The translations under genes and the position numbers were made by a program. DNA of 64,000 nucleotides from Candidatus Hydrogenedentota bacterium (GTDB taxonomy: Bacteria; Hydrogenedentota; Hydrogenedentia; Hydrogenedentales; SLHB01), in NCBI GenBank assembly GCA_045863335.1, contig BTVY01000018.1:47101-111100 (forward strand). Direction: 5' to 3'. Positions 56,259 through 64,000 of the stretch are shown here, piece after piece. The notes below the pieces were generated by a model that saw nothing but the letters and a program-made list of their open reading frames with translations, was not told where the DNA came from and did not search any database. How positions within the stretch are numbered: position 1 is the first letter of the stretch; each line of letters begins with the position of its first letter.

Positions 56259-59114
56259 TTACTCCAGGCGTAGCCAACCCATCTCGGATGGATTATCGCT
56301 GCCGTACCCAAGCCGCGGTTGCACGCGGTCTTGGGATGGCGGAACCCACGCACTGACCGCGTCTCCGTTTCCGGCCCGCGCAAGATAGGTAACGTGCACG
56401 TTCATCCGCAACGGCCGATCTGAATGTATCTCACCCTGAAACCCGTCCAAGGGAATGCGCAATCGGAAGGTCTGCCGTCCGTCTACGTGTGGCGCGGTGA
56501 ACTCCCAGGGCATGTCGGGCGTGAGCCAGCCCTGACGGATGTCGCGCTTGCCGTGCACGTCGGCGCGAAAGGTGCGGCGCGGATAAATGTGCGAGGGTTC
56601 GATTGCGACCGTAACGCCCACGGCGCGCCACTGGTCCGATGGGGCGCAGTTCACGTTGATATACAAGAACTCTCGATCGTGCGCGGCCTGCCACGACCAC
56701 GCCGGTTCCGCATCGTTCGCGGCAACGCGCGTTATCTTCTCCCAAACAGTGTCGCCTTCCCAATTGGACATGAAGGACTTGTCGACACGCGCCGCGGTAG
56801 AGTAATAAGCGCTCTCCGCCGTTCCTGACTCCACCGGAAACACCGGGCCACCGGCAGCGATCGTGGTCTCCGCTTCAACGAAATCCGAATTCAACAGGTC
56901 ACGCAACCGCTCGATGCGCCAGCGCAGTTCGTCCGGCGAATAGGTATACCCCTCCGCCTCGGCCTGGAACCCGAGAAACGGATTGGCATCGCACAACGCG
57001 ATCATGCGTTGCGTGTTCTCGATCTCTTCGTCGACGATTTCGCGTAACCGCCGCAACGTTTCAGGCCGTGATTCGGTTGGTCCGTACAGCAACTCCTCGC
57101 GCAAATGGTAGAAGCGGAGAATGTTGTAACCGGTGCGAAACTGAACGCCCAGAGCGTCCGCCACGGTGAGATCGCGTTGCCGGGCAGGATCGCCGGCGTA
57201 CGCGGGCGCCACCTCACGAAGCACCTTCAGTCCCTCTTGCCACTGATCCGACATGCGTTCGCAGAGAGTCAGCATCTCATCGAAGGTATGACTTCCCGAG
57301 AAGCATTCGCCGATGCGATCGCCGCTCGGCGGAAACTCGAGCTTCCAGACGGGCGAGAGATTCTGATGCGCCGGTTTCAGGTACAAGGGCCACACGATGC
57401 CGTCGTGCATGGGGCCGTAGTATTGAAAGGCATTCGTCAGGGGATAGTTGTCGTAGGCTTCCGCAAACAGACGCCACGCTCGAACCACGTCGGGGGCGTG
57501 AGCAACTCCCCAGTCCCGGCGCGCGAGTTCCAGCAGAAAAACTTCTTCGGTGAGACCCTCGGGCGCGAAGGGCAAGACATTGGCCGCGGCCCGATTCATG
57601 ACGGAAGGCATGCTGCCGATGTACCAGCATTGCATGACCGACGTAACGCCGAGACGCCGCATCGCCTGGTACTTCCGGAAGAGGTTTCCCGGCACGGGAA
57701 CGTAGGGCACCGTCGAAACTTCAAAGGACGTGCAGGCCTGGAGTTTCGCGCCCATCTCCACGCTGTTCCTGGACGCCGCTCCGGCGATTCGTTCAAAGGT
57801 CTCGCTCGGTCCCACGTAAGATAACCAGTAATCGCCGGCGTGCCGTTCTTTGCCGAGCTGGTCTTTGGTTCCGTCGGACTCAAAGTTGTACTGACAGATG
57901 ACGCCGGGCGGGGTGCTCGCCGCGATGTCGATGAGCGGCTCCACGCTGCGCTGCGCGCCAGTACCGTTGCCGGGGACGTACAACCATGAAATGAGTTTTG
58001 CGCCCGGGTTGGCGTCGTGCATCCCCCGCTCCATGGCGGACAGCGAGGCGCGCAGAATGTCGCCAAGCGGCTTCTCCTTACAGACAGGGCACGCGATGTT
58101 CCAGTTCTCGTCGGCGCCGCTGAGGCAGGTCGTCGAACGCTCCCCGAAACTGATGTTGATCAAGCCGCCCAGGTTCGGCGCTTCGGTGAAGATGTCGTGC
58201 ATAGCTTCGTAGAGATAGGTCTGCGCGGCATCGGAGAAGGGACAGAACAACCGCCCCGTACCCGAGAAGGGCTTGCTGCCAATCTCCGGATGCGCCTGCA
58301 AGAGGGGATGGTCTGGATCCATTACGCGGGGTTCGATGCAGAACAAGTAGACCTTGATGCCGTATCGCCGGCATTTCGCTATTGTCTCGCGCAGTTTCTG
58401 CAATCGGCGTTCACGGTCAGGCTCGACCACCGGCGTCAGCGAGGTCTTGCAGATGTCCTTAAACTCGATGGTGAGCCAGAGCCCGTTCACGCCATCGTGC
58501 GCCAACTTATTCAAGTAGTCGCCGGGGTAGTAGTCCACATCGTCGAGCAGTTCGTCCTTGTTCTTGGGCGGACGCTTGATCGGGCCAAAGAAACAGCGCG
58601 AGATGCGCGTATGGATGAAGGGCGACCGTTCGGTCACGCCGAGAGTCAGAAACGGGCCGTCGGCGCTCAGCAAGGTGTCTTCAAGAAAGAAGATCGCCCG
58701 GCGGATGCCCTCGGAATCGTTGGCCTGAATGCGGCACTCCTGTTCGGAGACTACAAGCCGAAATGCCTCGAACTGCGCTGTCTCAGACTGCTCCGTGACG
58801 ATGCGGAACGGTCCCTTTGTCGGAATGTCCACGGCCGCGAAGAACGCGTTTAGATCCGCGTACGCCGTGTCGAGTAGTCCTCCGGGATCGGGGAATTCGC
58901 CTTCGATTCTCACACCCGGCTTCAGATCGATTTCGTTGTCCTGCGCGTCTTCTCGGGTCCAATGAGGATGCCACTGAATCGGCGCGGCGAGCGCGTCCAC
59001 GAAGGCCCACTCGCCTGGCGGCGGACTCGGAGGCGGCTCGGGTACTACCGCACAGGCAAAGGATGCGGCAAGAGTACCAACAAGCACGAACACTGACCCA
59101 TGGAGTAGCTTCAC
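56259..59114 (-). CDS. Large exported glycoside-hydrolase-like protein (GH20/GH67-type N-domain, barrel, beta-sandwich C-terminus)
   Basis: Signal peptide; E.F.L.V....I.A....G..RA..L N-domain pattern; GVNGLWL...L...IAKCRRYGIKVYL barrel start. Family not certain. Confidence 0.6.
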   Translation of the reverse strand: MKLLHGSVFVLVGTLAASFACAVVPEPPPSPPPGEWAFVDALAAPIQWHPHWTREDAQDNEIDLKPGVRIEGEFPDPGGLLDTAYADLNAFFAAVDIPTKGPFRIVTEQSETAQFEAFRLVVSEQECRIQANDSEGIRRAIFFLEDTLLSADGPFLTLGVTERSPFIHTRISRCFFGPIKRPPKNKDELLDDVDYYPGDYLNKLAHDGVNGLWLTIEFKDICKTSLTPVVEPDRERRLQKLRETIAKCRRYGIKVYLFCIEPRVMDPDHPLLQAHPEIGSKPFSGTGRLFCPFSDAAQTYLYEAMHDIFTEAPNLGGLINISFGERSTTCLSGADENWNIACPVCKEKPLGDILRASLSAMERGMHDANPGAKLISWLYVPGNGTGAQRSVEPLIDIAASTPPGVICQYNFESDGTKDQLGKERHAGDYWLSYVGPSETFERIAGAASRNSVEMGAKLQACTSFEVSTVPYVPVPGNLFRKYQAMRRLGVTSVMQCWYIGSMPSVMNRAAANVLPFAPEGLTEEVFLLELARRDWGVAHAPDVVRAWRLFAEAYDNYPLTNAFQYYGPMHDGIVWPLYLKPAHQNLSPVWKLEFPPSGDRIGECFSGSHTFDEMLTLCERMSDQWQEGLKVLREVAPAYAGDPARQRDLTVADALGVQFRTGYNILRFYHLREELLYGPTESRPETLRRLREIVDEEIENTQRMIALCDANPFLGFQAEAEGYTYSPDELRWRIERLRDLLNSDFVEAETTIAAGGPVFPVESGTAESAYYSTAARVDKSFMSNWEGDTVWEKITRVAANDAEPAWSWQAAHDREFLYINVNCAPSDQWRAVGVTVAIEPSHIYPRRTFRADVHGKRDIRQGWLTPDMPWEFTAPHVDGRQTFRLRIPLDGFQGEIHSDRPLRMNVHVTYLARAGNGDAVSAWVPPSQDRVQPRLGYGSDNPSEMGWLRLE

Positions 59115-59173
59115 GATATCTCCTTTGTCCCGGTATGTGCTATTCGAATCTATACTTGGCCGAACACTTGGGG

Positions 59174-59205
59174 AACACCCCCCTGAATCCCCCTTCGAAG
59201 GGGGA
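59174..59205. repeat. Solo REP-like unit, same family as 8968/10004
   Basis: AACACCCCCCTGAATCCCCCTTCGAAGGGGGA. Confidence 0.8.
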
Positions 59206-59250
59206 CTTCATACAACGCGCTACGCAGGAGCTTGGAGATACAGTCCAATT

Positions 59251-60339
59251 TCAGTTTCCATACTCCGCAACAATCTCGCTGACGAGGCGGACGCGTTCGA
59301 TGTCGCCGACGGGGGAAATCTCGTCGGAGATGCCGAGCACGAGATTCGGTGCGAAATATTCGATACATTTTCGCGTGTTGGTGACGAGGCTGTCGATCGA
59401 TTCCGTGCGCAGAAAATCGGTACACGGGATTCCATCCAGCATAATGCGGTCGCCCAGCGCGTCGCGCACTTGCTCCAGGGTAACATCCCCCTGTGGAACC
59501 GGTGTGATGGCCTCGAATCCGTCAAAACCACATTCCAACGCGTACGGCAACAACTGTGCGCAATCGCCGTCCCAATGAGGATAGGTCTTCTTTCCCGCCG
59601 CGTGGAGCCGCTCGTTGCGCCGGATGTATTCGGGCAATACCCACTGCTTAAACAGGTTCGGCGGGCAGAACGCCTGATGCACGTTGTCGCCGAAGTTGAT
59701 GATCTCCAGCGGACTGGCGCAGACCACGTCAAGCAACGCGTCGTCGGTGTCGTTGATCGTGCGGATGAGGGTTTCCACTTCATCAGGCATTATGTAGAAC
59801 GCGGTGAGGCCGCCTTCAAACCCCATAAACTCGATGACCAGCCGGAGCAGGTTGATGCGGGATATGAAGACACACGGAGCCGCGCGATCTCCAATTTCAG
59901 TACATCGCTCTTCAAATAGACCGTGATCGAACCAGATGCGGCGATTGCGCAAGCTCCATTCCATGACCTTCATATCCGCAGGCGTGACCACTGGATACTT
60001 GCGCGTGTGCCAGGACTGGGACGCGCGCTCCATCACCGTGACGAGATTGCCAACTGGCGTCTTCTCCGTGATGGTGGTGAGCGGTCCGTCTTCGACTTCC
60101 TCTCGCACGAGGTCTTCCGAATCTTCGATGCGCAGGCAGTCGTTAAAGGCCCAATAGGGCCGCACCGAACAACCCAGGTCGTCGAAGACCTCGAGCAAAG
60201 AAAGGTCGCGATAACGCTCCGGCAACGTGCCCTGCGCCTTATTGGTCTCGTACCAGTGTTCGATTCGGGGCTGCCAGAGAACGCGGCCGTTTGTCGGCTC
60301 GCGACGAAACACGGCCAAGTGCAAATCCTTGAACTTCAT
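59251..60339 (-). CDS. Uroporphyrinogen decarboxylase (URO-D/MtaA) family protein
   Basis: TPVG.L, FGDN, P..F...LP.Y, HWDG, GI....F, LGISDE. Confidence 0.82.
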   Translation of the reverse strand: MKFKDLHLAVFRREPTNGRVLWQPRIEHWYETNKAQGTLPERYRDLSLLEVFDDLGCSVRPYWAFNDCLRIEDSEDLVREEVEDGPLTTITEKTPVGNLVTVMERASQSWHTRKYPVVTPADMKVMEWSLRNRRIWFDHGLFEERCTEIGDRAAPCVFISRINLLRLVIEFMGFEGGLTAFYIMPDEVETLIRTINDTDDALLDVVCASPLEIINFGDNVHQAFCPPNLFKQWVLPEYIRRNERLHAAGKKTYPHWDGDCAQLLPYALECGFDGFEAITPVPQGDVTLEQVRDALGDRIMLDGIPCTDFLRTESIDSLVTNTRKCIEYFAPNLVLGISDEISPVGDIERVRLVSEIVAEYGN

Positions 60340-60365
60340 ACGGACCCCCATCGCGACCGCGCGGT

Positions 60366-61802
60366 TCAACGCGCGCGGAACTGGATGGAGTATAGATCGG
60401 CGTCTTTCATCACCGCACGCAAGCGGACCGGTTTTCCGGCCAGCGACGACAGGTCCGCGTTGCCTTTCCAGGTGACAAGACGCGCAGTTTCGTCGCCAAC
60501 GATTTCGTCGCAGTCTTCGCGTGAGAATCCGTCGACAGGCGAGCCGTCCGCGGTCTGCAATTCGATCCAGACGCTGCCTGCGGCGGACGTGGCAAAGTTT
60601 ATGACCAGTTCGCTGCCATCAAAGGTGAACGGTTTGGTGACCAGTTCGCCGCCTTTGTACGGCGCGTTGATCGAAACGAAGCCATCCGTTCGCAGCGTGA
60701 GCCGCTGCAGGTGGTGGGAATCCTGCCCGTAGTTGCGCTGCACGTACAAGGACATTTCCGTATCCGAGGCGGGCACGACGCCGTACGTCGGGTAATTCGT
60801 TCGCGAGGTCCAGTTGTTCAACCCCAAGCCCGGACGAATGTACCCTTCCATGAAGGTCCGGTCGTATGCGGAACCACCGCGGGTCGTCATGAAAATGGCG
60901 TCGGAACAATCGCCGGAATACTTCACGTCGCCGCCCAATGCAGCCGCCTGTTCTTCGGACACGATGCGGCGTCCCGGCATGAAGCGCGCGGCGATGGACA
61001 CGTAGATGTGCGGCGCGCGGAAGTAGGGCGCCGTCTGGTTGGTGTAGAGGTGTTCGCGGGGCGTGTCCCCGTAGGACATTTCAACGGGATCGGTCCACTC
61101 GCGGAAGTCCGGCGAGGTGGTGCGGCTGATGCTGCGGATGCCGTCGGTAAATACGCGGAAATAGCTCACGTACTGAACTTCCGCTTCGGACCAGAACGTC
61201 ACGTTCTGCGAGTCGAATGCGCCTTCCGTAATCACGGGCTCCTCGCGCATCTTCGTCCACGTCGTGCCGTCCGGCGACACGAAGGCGACCAGGCCGGTCT
61301 CCCGCGTACCCGCGAGGGCCTTGAACCGCTCATCGGGCGGCACGTCCTTGCGCGTGTCCACGAAGGGCGAAAAGTTATGGGAGAAAGGCGCCATGTCCGC
61401 GAGGACGACATTGTTCTCCCGCGTACCGTCGACTTCGAAGAGCCCGAGGTTGGGTTTCTTGAAGGTGATCCCGTCCGCGCTTTCGGCGTAGCACGTGACC
61501 TCTGTGTTCGATCCGTCTTTGCCCGCGGTCGGGTTGCCCCGGTAATACAGGCGATAGGTGCCGCCGTCCTTGATGACGGTCACGTACCCGCAGAAACGCC
61601 CTTCCCACGGCTTGTCGAACGCGATGACCGTCTCGCCGTCCAATGGTGGGTGCAAACGCTGCTCCGCGCCGTCGAGCCGATCGATGAGATAGGAATCGAC
61701 AAACAATTCCACGCGGGACCCGACGGCAACTGGCTCCTGTCCCCCGGCGGACGACAAACCCACGGCAACAAGGCACAGCACGAACACGATACGATTGAAC
61801 AT
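60366..61802 (-). CDS. Exported beta-propeller glycoside-hydrolase-like protein
   Basis: Signal peptide, ELFVD, PWEG, YRLYY, YAES.DG..F.KP, FDSQN, LRTDGFVS, DADLYSIQF. Confidence 0.75.
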   Translation of the reverse strand: MFNRIVFVLCLVAVGLSSAGGQEPVAVGSRVELFVDSYLIDRLDGAEQRLHPPLDGETVIAFDKPWEGRFCGYVTVIKDGGTYRLYYRGNPTAGKDGSNTEVTCYAESADGITFKKPNLGLFEVDGTRENNVVLADMAPFSHNFSPFVDTRKDVPPDERFKALAGTRETGLVAFVSPDGTTWTKMREEPVITEGAFDSQNVTFWSEAEVQYVSYFRVFTDGIRSISRTTSPDFREWTDPVEMSYGDTPREHLYTNQTAPYFRAPHIYVSIAARFMPGRRIVSEEQAAALGGDVKYSGDCSDAIFMTTRGGSAYDRTFMEGYIRPGLGLNNWTSRTNYPTYGVVPASDTEMSLYVQRNYGQDSHHLQRLTLRTDGFVSINAPYKGGELVTKPFTFDGSELVINFATSAAGSVWIELQTADGSPVDGFSREDCDEIVGDETARLVTWKGNADLSSLAGKPVRLRAVMKDADLYSIQFRAR

Positions 61803-61892
61803 GAGTATTCCCTCCGCGATGACCATACCGAGGGAAGGTGGGCGATTCAATGGTCTCCGATTCACGTGGAACAAGGGCAAATTCGGAGAACC

Positions 61893-62129
61893 TTAGTCGC
61901 CACCGCGGAATGCGGCCGCGATGTCGTCAGGCAAATCGTCGAAATCCTCGCGAATTTTGACCTGCCCCTGCCAGTAGCCGGGCTCGCGATCGCGTTGCTC
62001 ATCGCAATACGGCACGAGCTTGGCGACGGGTTCGCCCGCTTTTGAGATGACGATCTCTTCACCGGCAGCGACGGATTCCACGAGTTGTTCGAAATCCCGC
62101 TTGGCTTCTCGAAGAGTCACGCGCTTCAT
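61893..62129 (-). CDS. Phd/YefM (prevent-host-death) family antitoxin
   Basis: VTLREAK..F..LV..V..GEEIVISKAGEPVAKLVP...R.PG...G......DFD.LP. Confidence 0.9.
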   Translation of the reverse strand: MKRVTLREAKRDFEQLVESVAAGEEIVISKAGEPVAKLVPYCDEQRDREPGYWQGQVKIREDFDDLPDDIAAAFRGGD

Positions 62130-62144
62130 GACATACACTCTAGC

Positions 62145-63035
62145 TTACCGTCGGCGCGGTAGCAGACGAGGCCGGTCGCGCAAGCCGCCAGGACGACCCA
62201 GGCCGCCCTTCTCGCCGATACCGGCGTTGCCGCTGTCGTCGGCGTATTCGGAATCCTCGACGGGCTCGTCGCCGGTCGAATCGGGTAGATTCGGGTCCAG
62301 TTCTTCGACCAGCTGGGCGAGTTGATCGCGTGCGGACTGAAGCTCGGCGACGAGCCGCGCCGTATCAGGATCCTTGAGGACGTAGTTGATGGTGTCGAAC
62401 TTGATGTTTTGTACCGCGACGAGTTGTTTGAGGCGGTCCAGTTCGCCGGAACTCAAACCCAAGGCATTGAGATCCACCAGGGCGCTGGTGAAACGCTGCC
62501 AGCTTGTCGTGGTTTCTTCGTAAGACTTCTGCAACGTGCTGAGATCGTCGACCGTCAGGCGCTTCCCTTGAAGCGATTTCGCCGTGGTCTGCATGCCTTC
62601 CAGCGACTTGGCCACGTCTTCGGCCGTCGCTTCCAGATCGGGTACGCCATTCCGATCGCGGAGGGCGTTGAGCTTGGCGAGGGCGGTGTCGATCTGGAGT
62701 TTGGCATTGGGAATATTGTTGCCCGGCGTGAGGGCGTTCACGGCGTTGGTCAGGGACGTCGTGATGGCGTCGAAATCGGCCCGCCAATTTGTATCGGCGC
62801 TCACCCATTCGCGATACTTGCCGTAGCAATCCATCCAGAGTTCCTGGGCGCGCTTCAAGGATTCGCGGAGCGCGCGGGTATCGTTGGCCGCGGCGTCCTG
62901 GCTGGCGGTACGCATGGCCTTGGTGGCGCGGTCCAGGTAGCGTGTAAGTTCCGTATCCGCAATCTTTTGCGGCACTTGGGCAAAGGCGGAGCTTGCGGCA
63001 AGCAGGAGTATGAGACAGAGCGATACTGCGCGCAT
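62145..63035 (-). CDS. Exported all-helical hypothetical protein
   Basis: Signal peptide MRAVSLCLILLLAASSAFA; two helical-bundle-like halves. Confidence 0.7.
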   Translation of the reverse strand: MRAVSLCLILLLAASSAFAQVPQKIADTELTRYLDRATKAMRTASQDAAANDTRALRESLKRAQELWMDCYGKYREWVSADTNWRADFDAITTSLTNAVNALTPGNNIPNAKLQIDTALAKLNALRDRNGVPDLEATAEDVAKSLEGMQTTAKSLQGKRLTVDDLSTLQKSYEETTTSWQRFTSALVDLNALGLSSGELDRLKQLVAVQNIKFDTINYVLKDPDTARLVAELQSARDQLAQLVEELDPNLPDSTGDEPVEDSEYADDSGNAGIGEKGGLGRPGGLRDRPRLLPRRR

Positions 63036-63175
63036 AGAATAGAATTCCTCCTTCAAACGTCTATCCCTATGGATGGAATAAAGTTGCACGATTTCGGCGG
63101 TACCGCGGATGAAACCGGCGGCGCATTTCCCGGATCGATCCGGTACAGCTTGACCGATAGAAAGGATCACAGTCA

Positions 63176-63895
63176 ATGACTCAGTGGTGTGTTGCGCTGG
63201 TGCTGATGGCGGGCCCCTTGTTGCGTCCCGTCGCCCCGCCGGAAGAGCGGCCGCAGAATCTGCAGGAACTCGTCAAGGTCGGGGTAGAGCGTGTCGTGTC
63301 CAGGGTGTTGGATGCGCCCACCAAGGTCGGCGACTTCAAATGGGACCCGGAAAAGCAGCGCCTCGATCTCATGGACTTGCGGATTGGCAACCCGGAGGGC
63401 TTCAGCGACGACGACGCCATCTTCGTGAAGAAGGTATCCTTGGAGTCCGATCTAAAGACGTTGATGTCCGATCAGCCGGAGGTGCGGCTCGTCGATGTGG
63501 GAAGCATCGTCGTGAACGTGGAGACCGCGCTCGGCAAGGGCAACAATCTCAAGACCCTCATGGACAACGCCAAGAAGATCCAGCCCCGCACCGGCGGGAT
63601 CGGACAACGAGGCGGTATGCGCGGCGGCGGAGAACAGAAGCGCTGGAAGATCGACAAGGCGACGCTGGATACGTCGACGGTGAACATCTCGACGGCCCTG
63701 CTCAGTGCGCAAAAGCAGTCTCACGAATTCGGACCCTTTGAAATGTCCTTCGTCAGCGAGGACGGTCAGGGGCTGCCCGCGAACCAGATCCTCGCGCGGG
63801 TCATGGAGAAATTACTCCAGGAAACCAATCTCGGCGGCGTATCAGAAAGTCCCGTTGGCGGCCTGATCGGCGATATCCTCGGCGGCGGAAAGTAG
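63176..63895 (+). CDS. AsmA/DUF748-like hypothetical protein
   Basis: L.IGNPEGF...AI, NNL..L..N pattern; AAAGGA RBS. Confidence 0.65.
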   Translation: MTQWCVALVLMAGPLLRPVAPPEERPQNLQELVKVGVERVVSRVLDAPTKVGDFKWDPEKQRLDLMDLRIGNPEGFSDDDAIFVKKVSLESDLKTLMSDQPEVRLVDVGSIVVNVETALGKGNNLKTLMDNAKKIQPRTGGIGQRGGMRGGGEQKRWKIDKATLDTSTVNISTALLSAQKQSHEFGPFEMSFVSEDGQGLPANQILARVMEKLLQETNLGGVSESPVGGLIGDILGGGK

Positions 63896-63900
63896 GTCGT

Positions 63901-63936
63901 TGTCCTATAGGTCCGATTGGTCCTATATTTCCCATA
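63901..63936 (-). repeat. Intergenic 9-bp tandem array, same family as the repeats in the BlaR1-like gene
   Basis: Minus strand: tatgggaaa tataggacc aatcggacc tataggaca. Confidence 0.8.
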
Positions 63937-63948
63937 CACGCGGGTCAA

Positions 63949-64000
63949 ATCGAGTAGGAGGGGGAGGATAGTTCCTCCCCCGTCCTCTCACACCACCGTA
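63949..64000 (-). mobile_element. 3' end (end of domain V, domain VI) of a group IIC intron; the rest lies beyond the window
   Basis: Minus strand reads TACGGTGGTGTGAGAGGACGGGGGAGGAACTATCCTCCCCCTCCTACTCGAT, matching the class C consensus TACGGTGGTGTGAGAGG...CCTACTCGAT, with a domain VI stem, bulged A and AT terminus. Confidence 0.85.

Noticed and set aside
4730-62045. Many long antisense or alternative-frame ORFs in the track (e.g. 4730-6259, 17138-18616, 22613-23713, 60711-62045)
   Set aside because: Expected shadows of real genes in GC-rich DNA; each lies opposite a motif-supported CDS.
1-64000. tRNA, rRNA, tmRNA, RNase P, integrase or IS transposase
   Set aside because: No characteristic motifs were found by eye; a tRNAscan/Infernal run would be needed to exclude them fully.

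Overview
A 64 kb window of a GC-rich bacterial chromosome. The gene content (DUF1080, planctomycete-type cytochrome c, GerMN/murI/amidase, many exported glycan-active proteins) suggests Hydrogenedentota or a PVC-like lineage, but this is inference only. Most of the window is housekeeping or envelope genes: tadA, apt, a group-2-like sigma-70, tsaD, murI, a PilT/PilU ATPase, korAB, trxB and nnrE. Highlights: (1) a three-gene lipid biosynthesis cluster, FAAL + [ACP-KS-AT-KR-ACP-sulfotransferase-TE] + Sfp PPTase, built like cyanobacterial olefin synthase/CurM but ending in a canonical type I thioesterase, so it may make a 3-O-sulfated fatty acid rather than an alkene; (2) a BlaI/BlaR1-type pair whose sensor is HEAT repeats plus a SecD-like domain, with visible operators and promoter; (3) an AT-richer islet with an HNH nuclease coupled to a small unknown gene; (4) several families of short tandem/inverted repeats and REP-like elements, one of which also lies in frame inside the BlaR1-like gene; (5) the 3' end of a group IIC intron at the right edge, next to one of those repeat arrays; (6) an orphan Phd/YefM antitoxin. 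No rRNA, tRNA or CRISPR array was seen. Many starts were moved downstream of the ORF-track starts using RBS or overlap evidence and are approximate.
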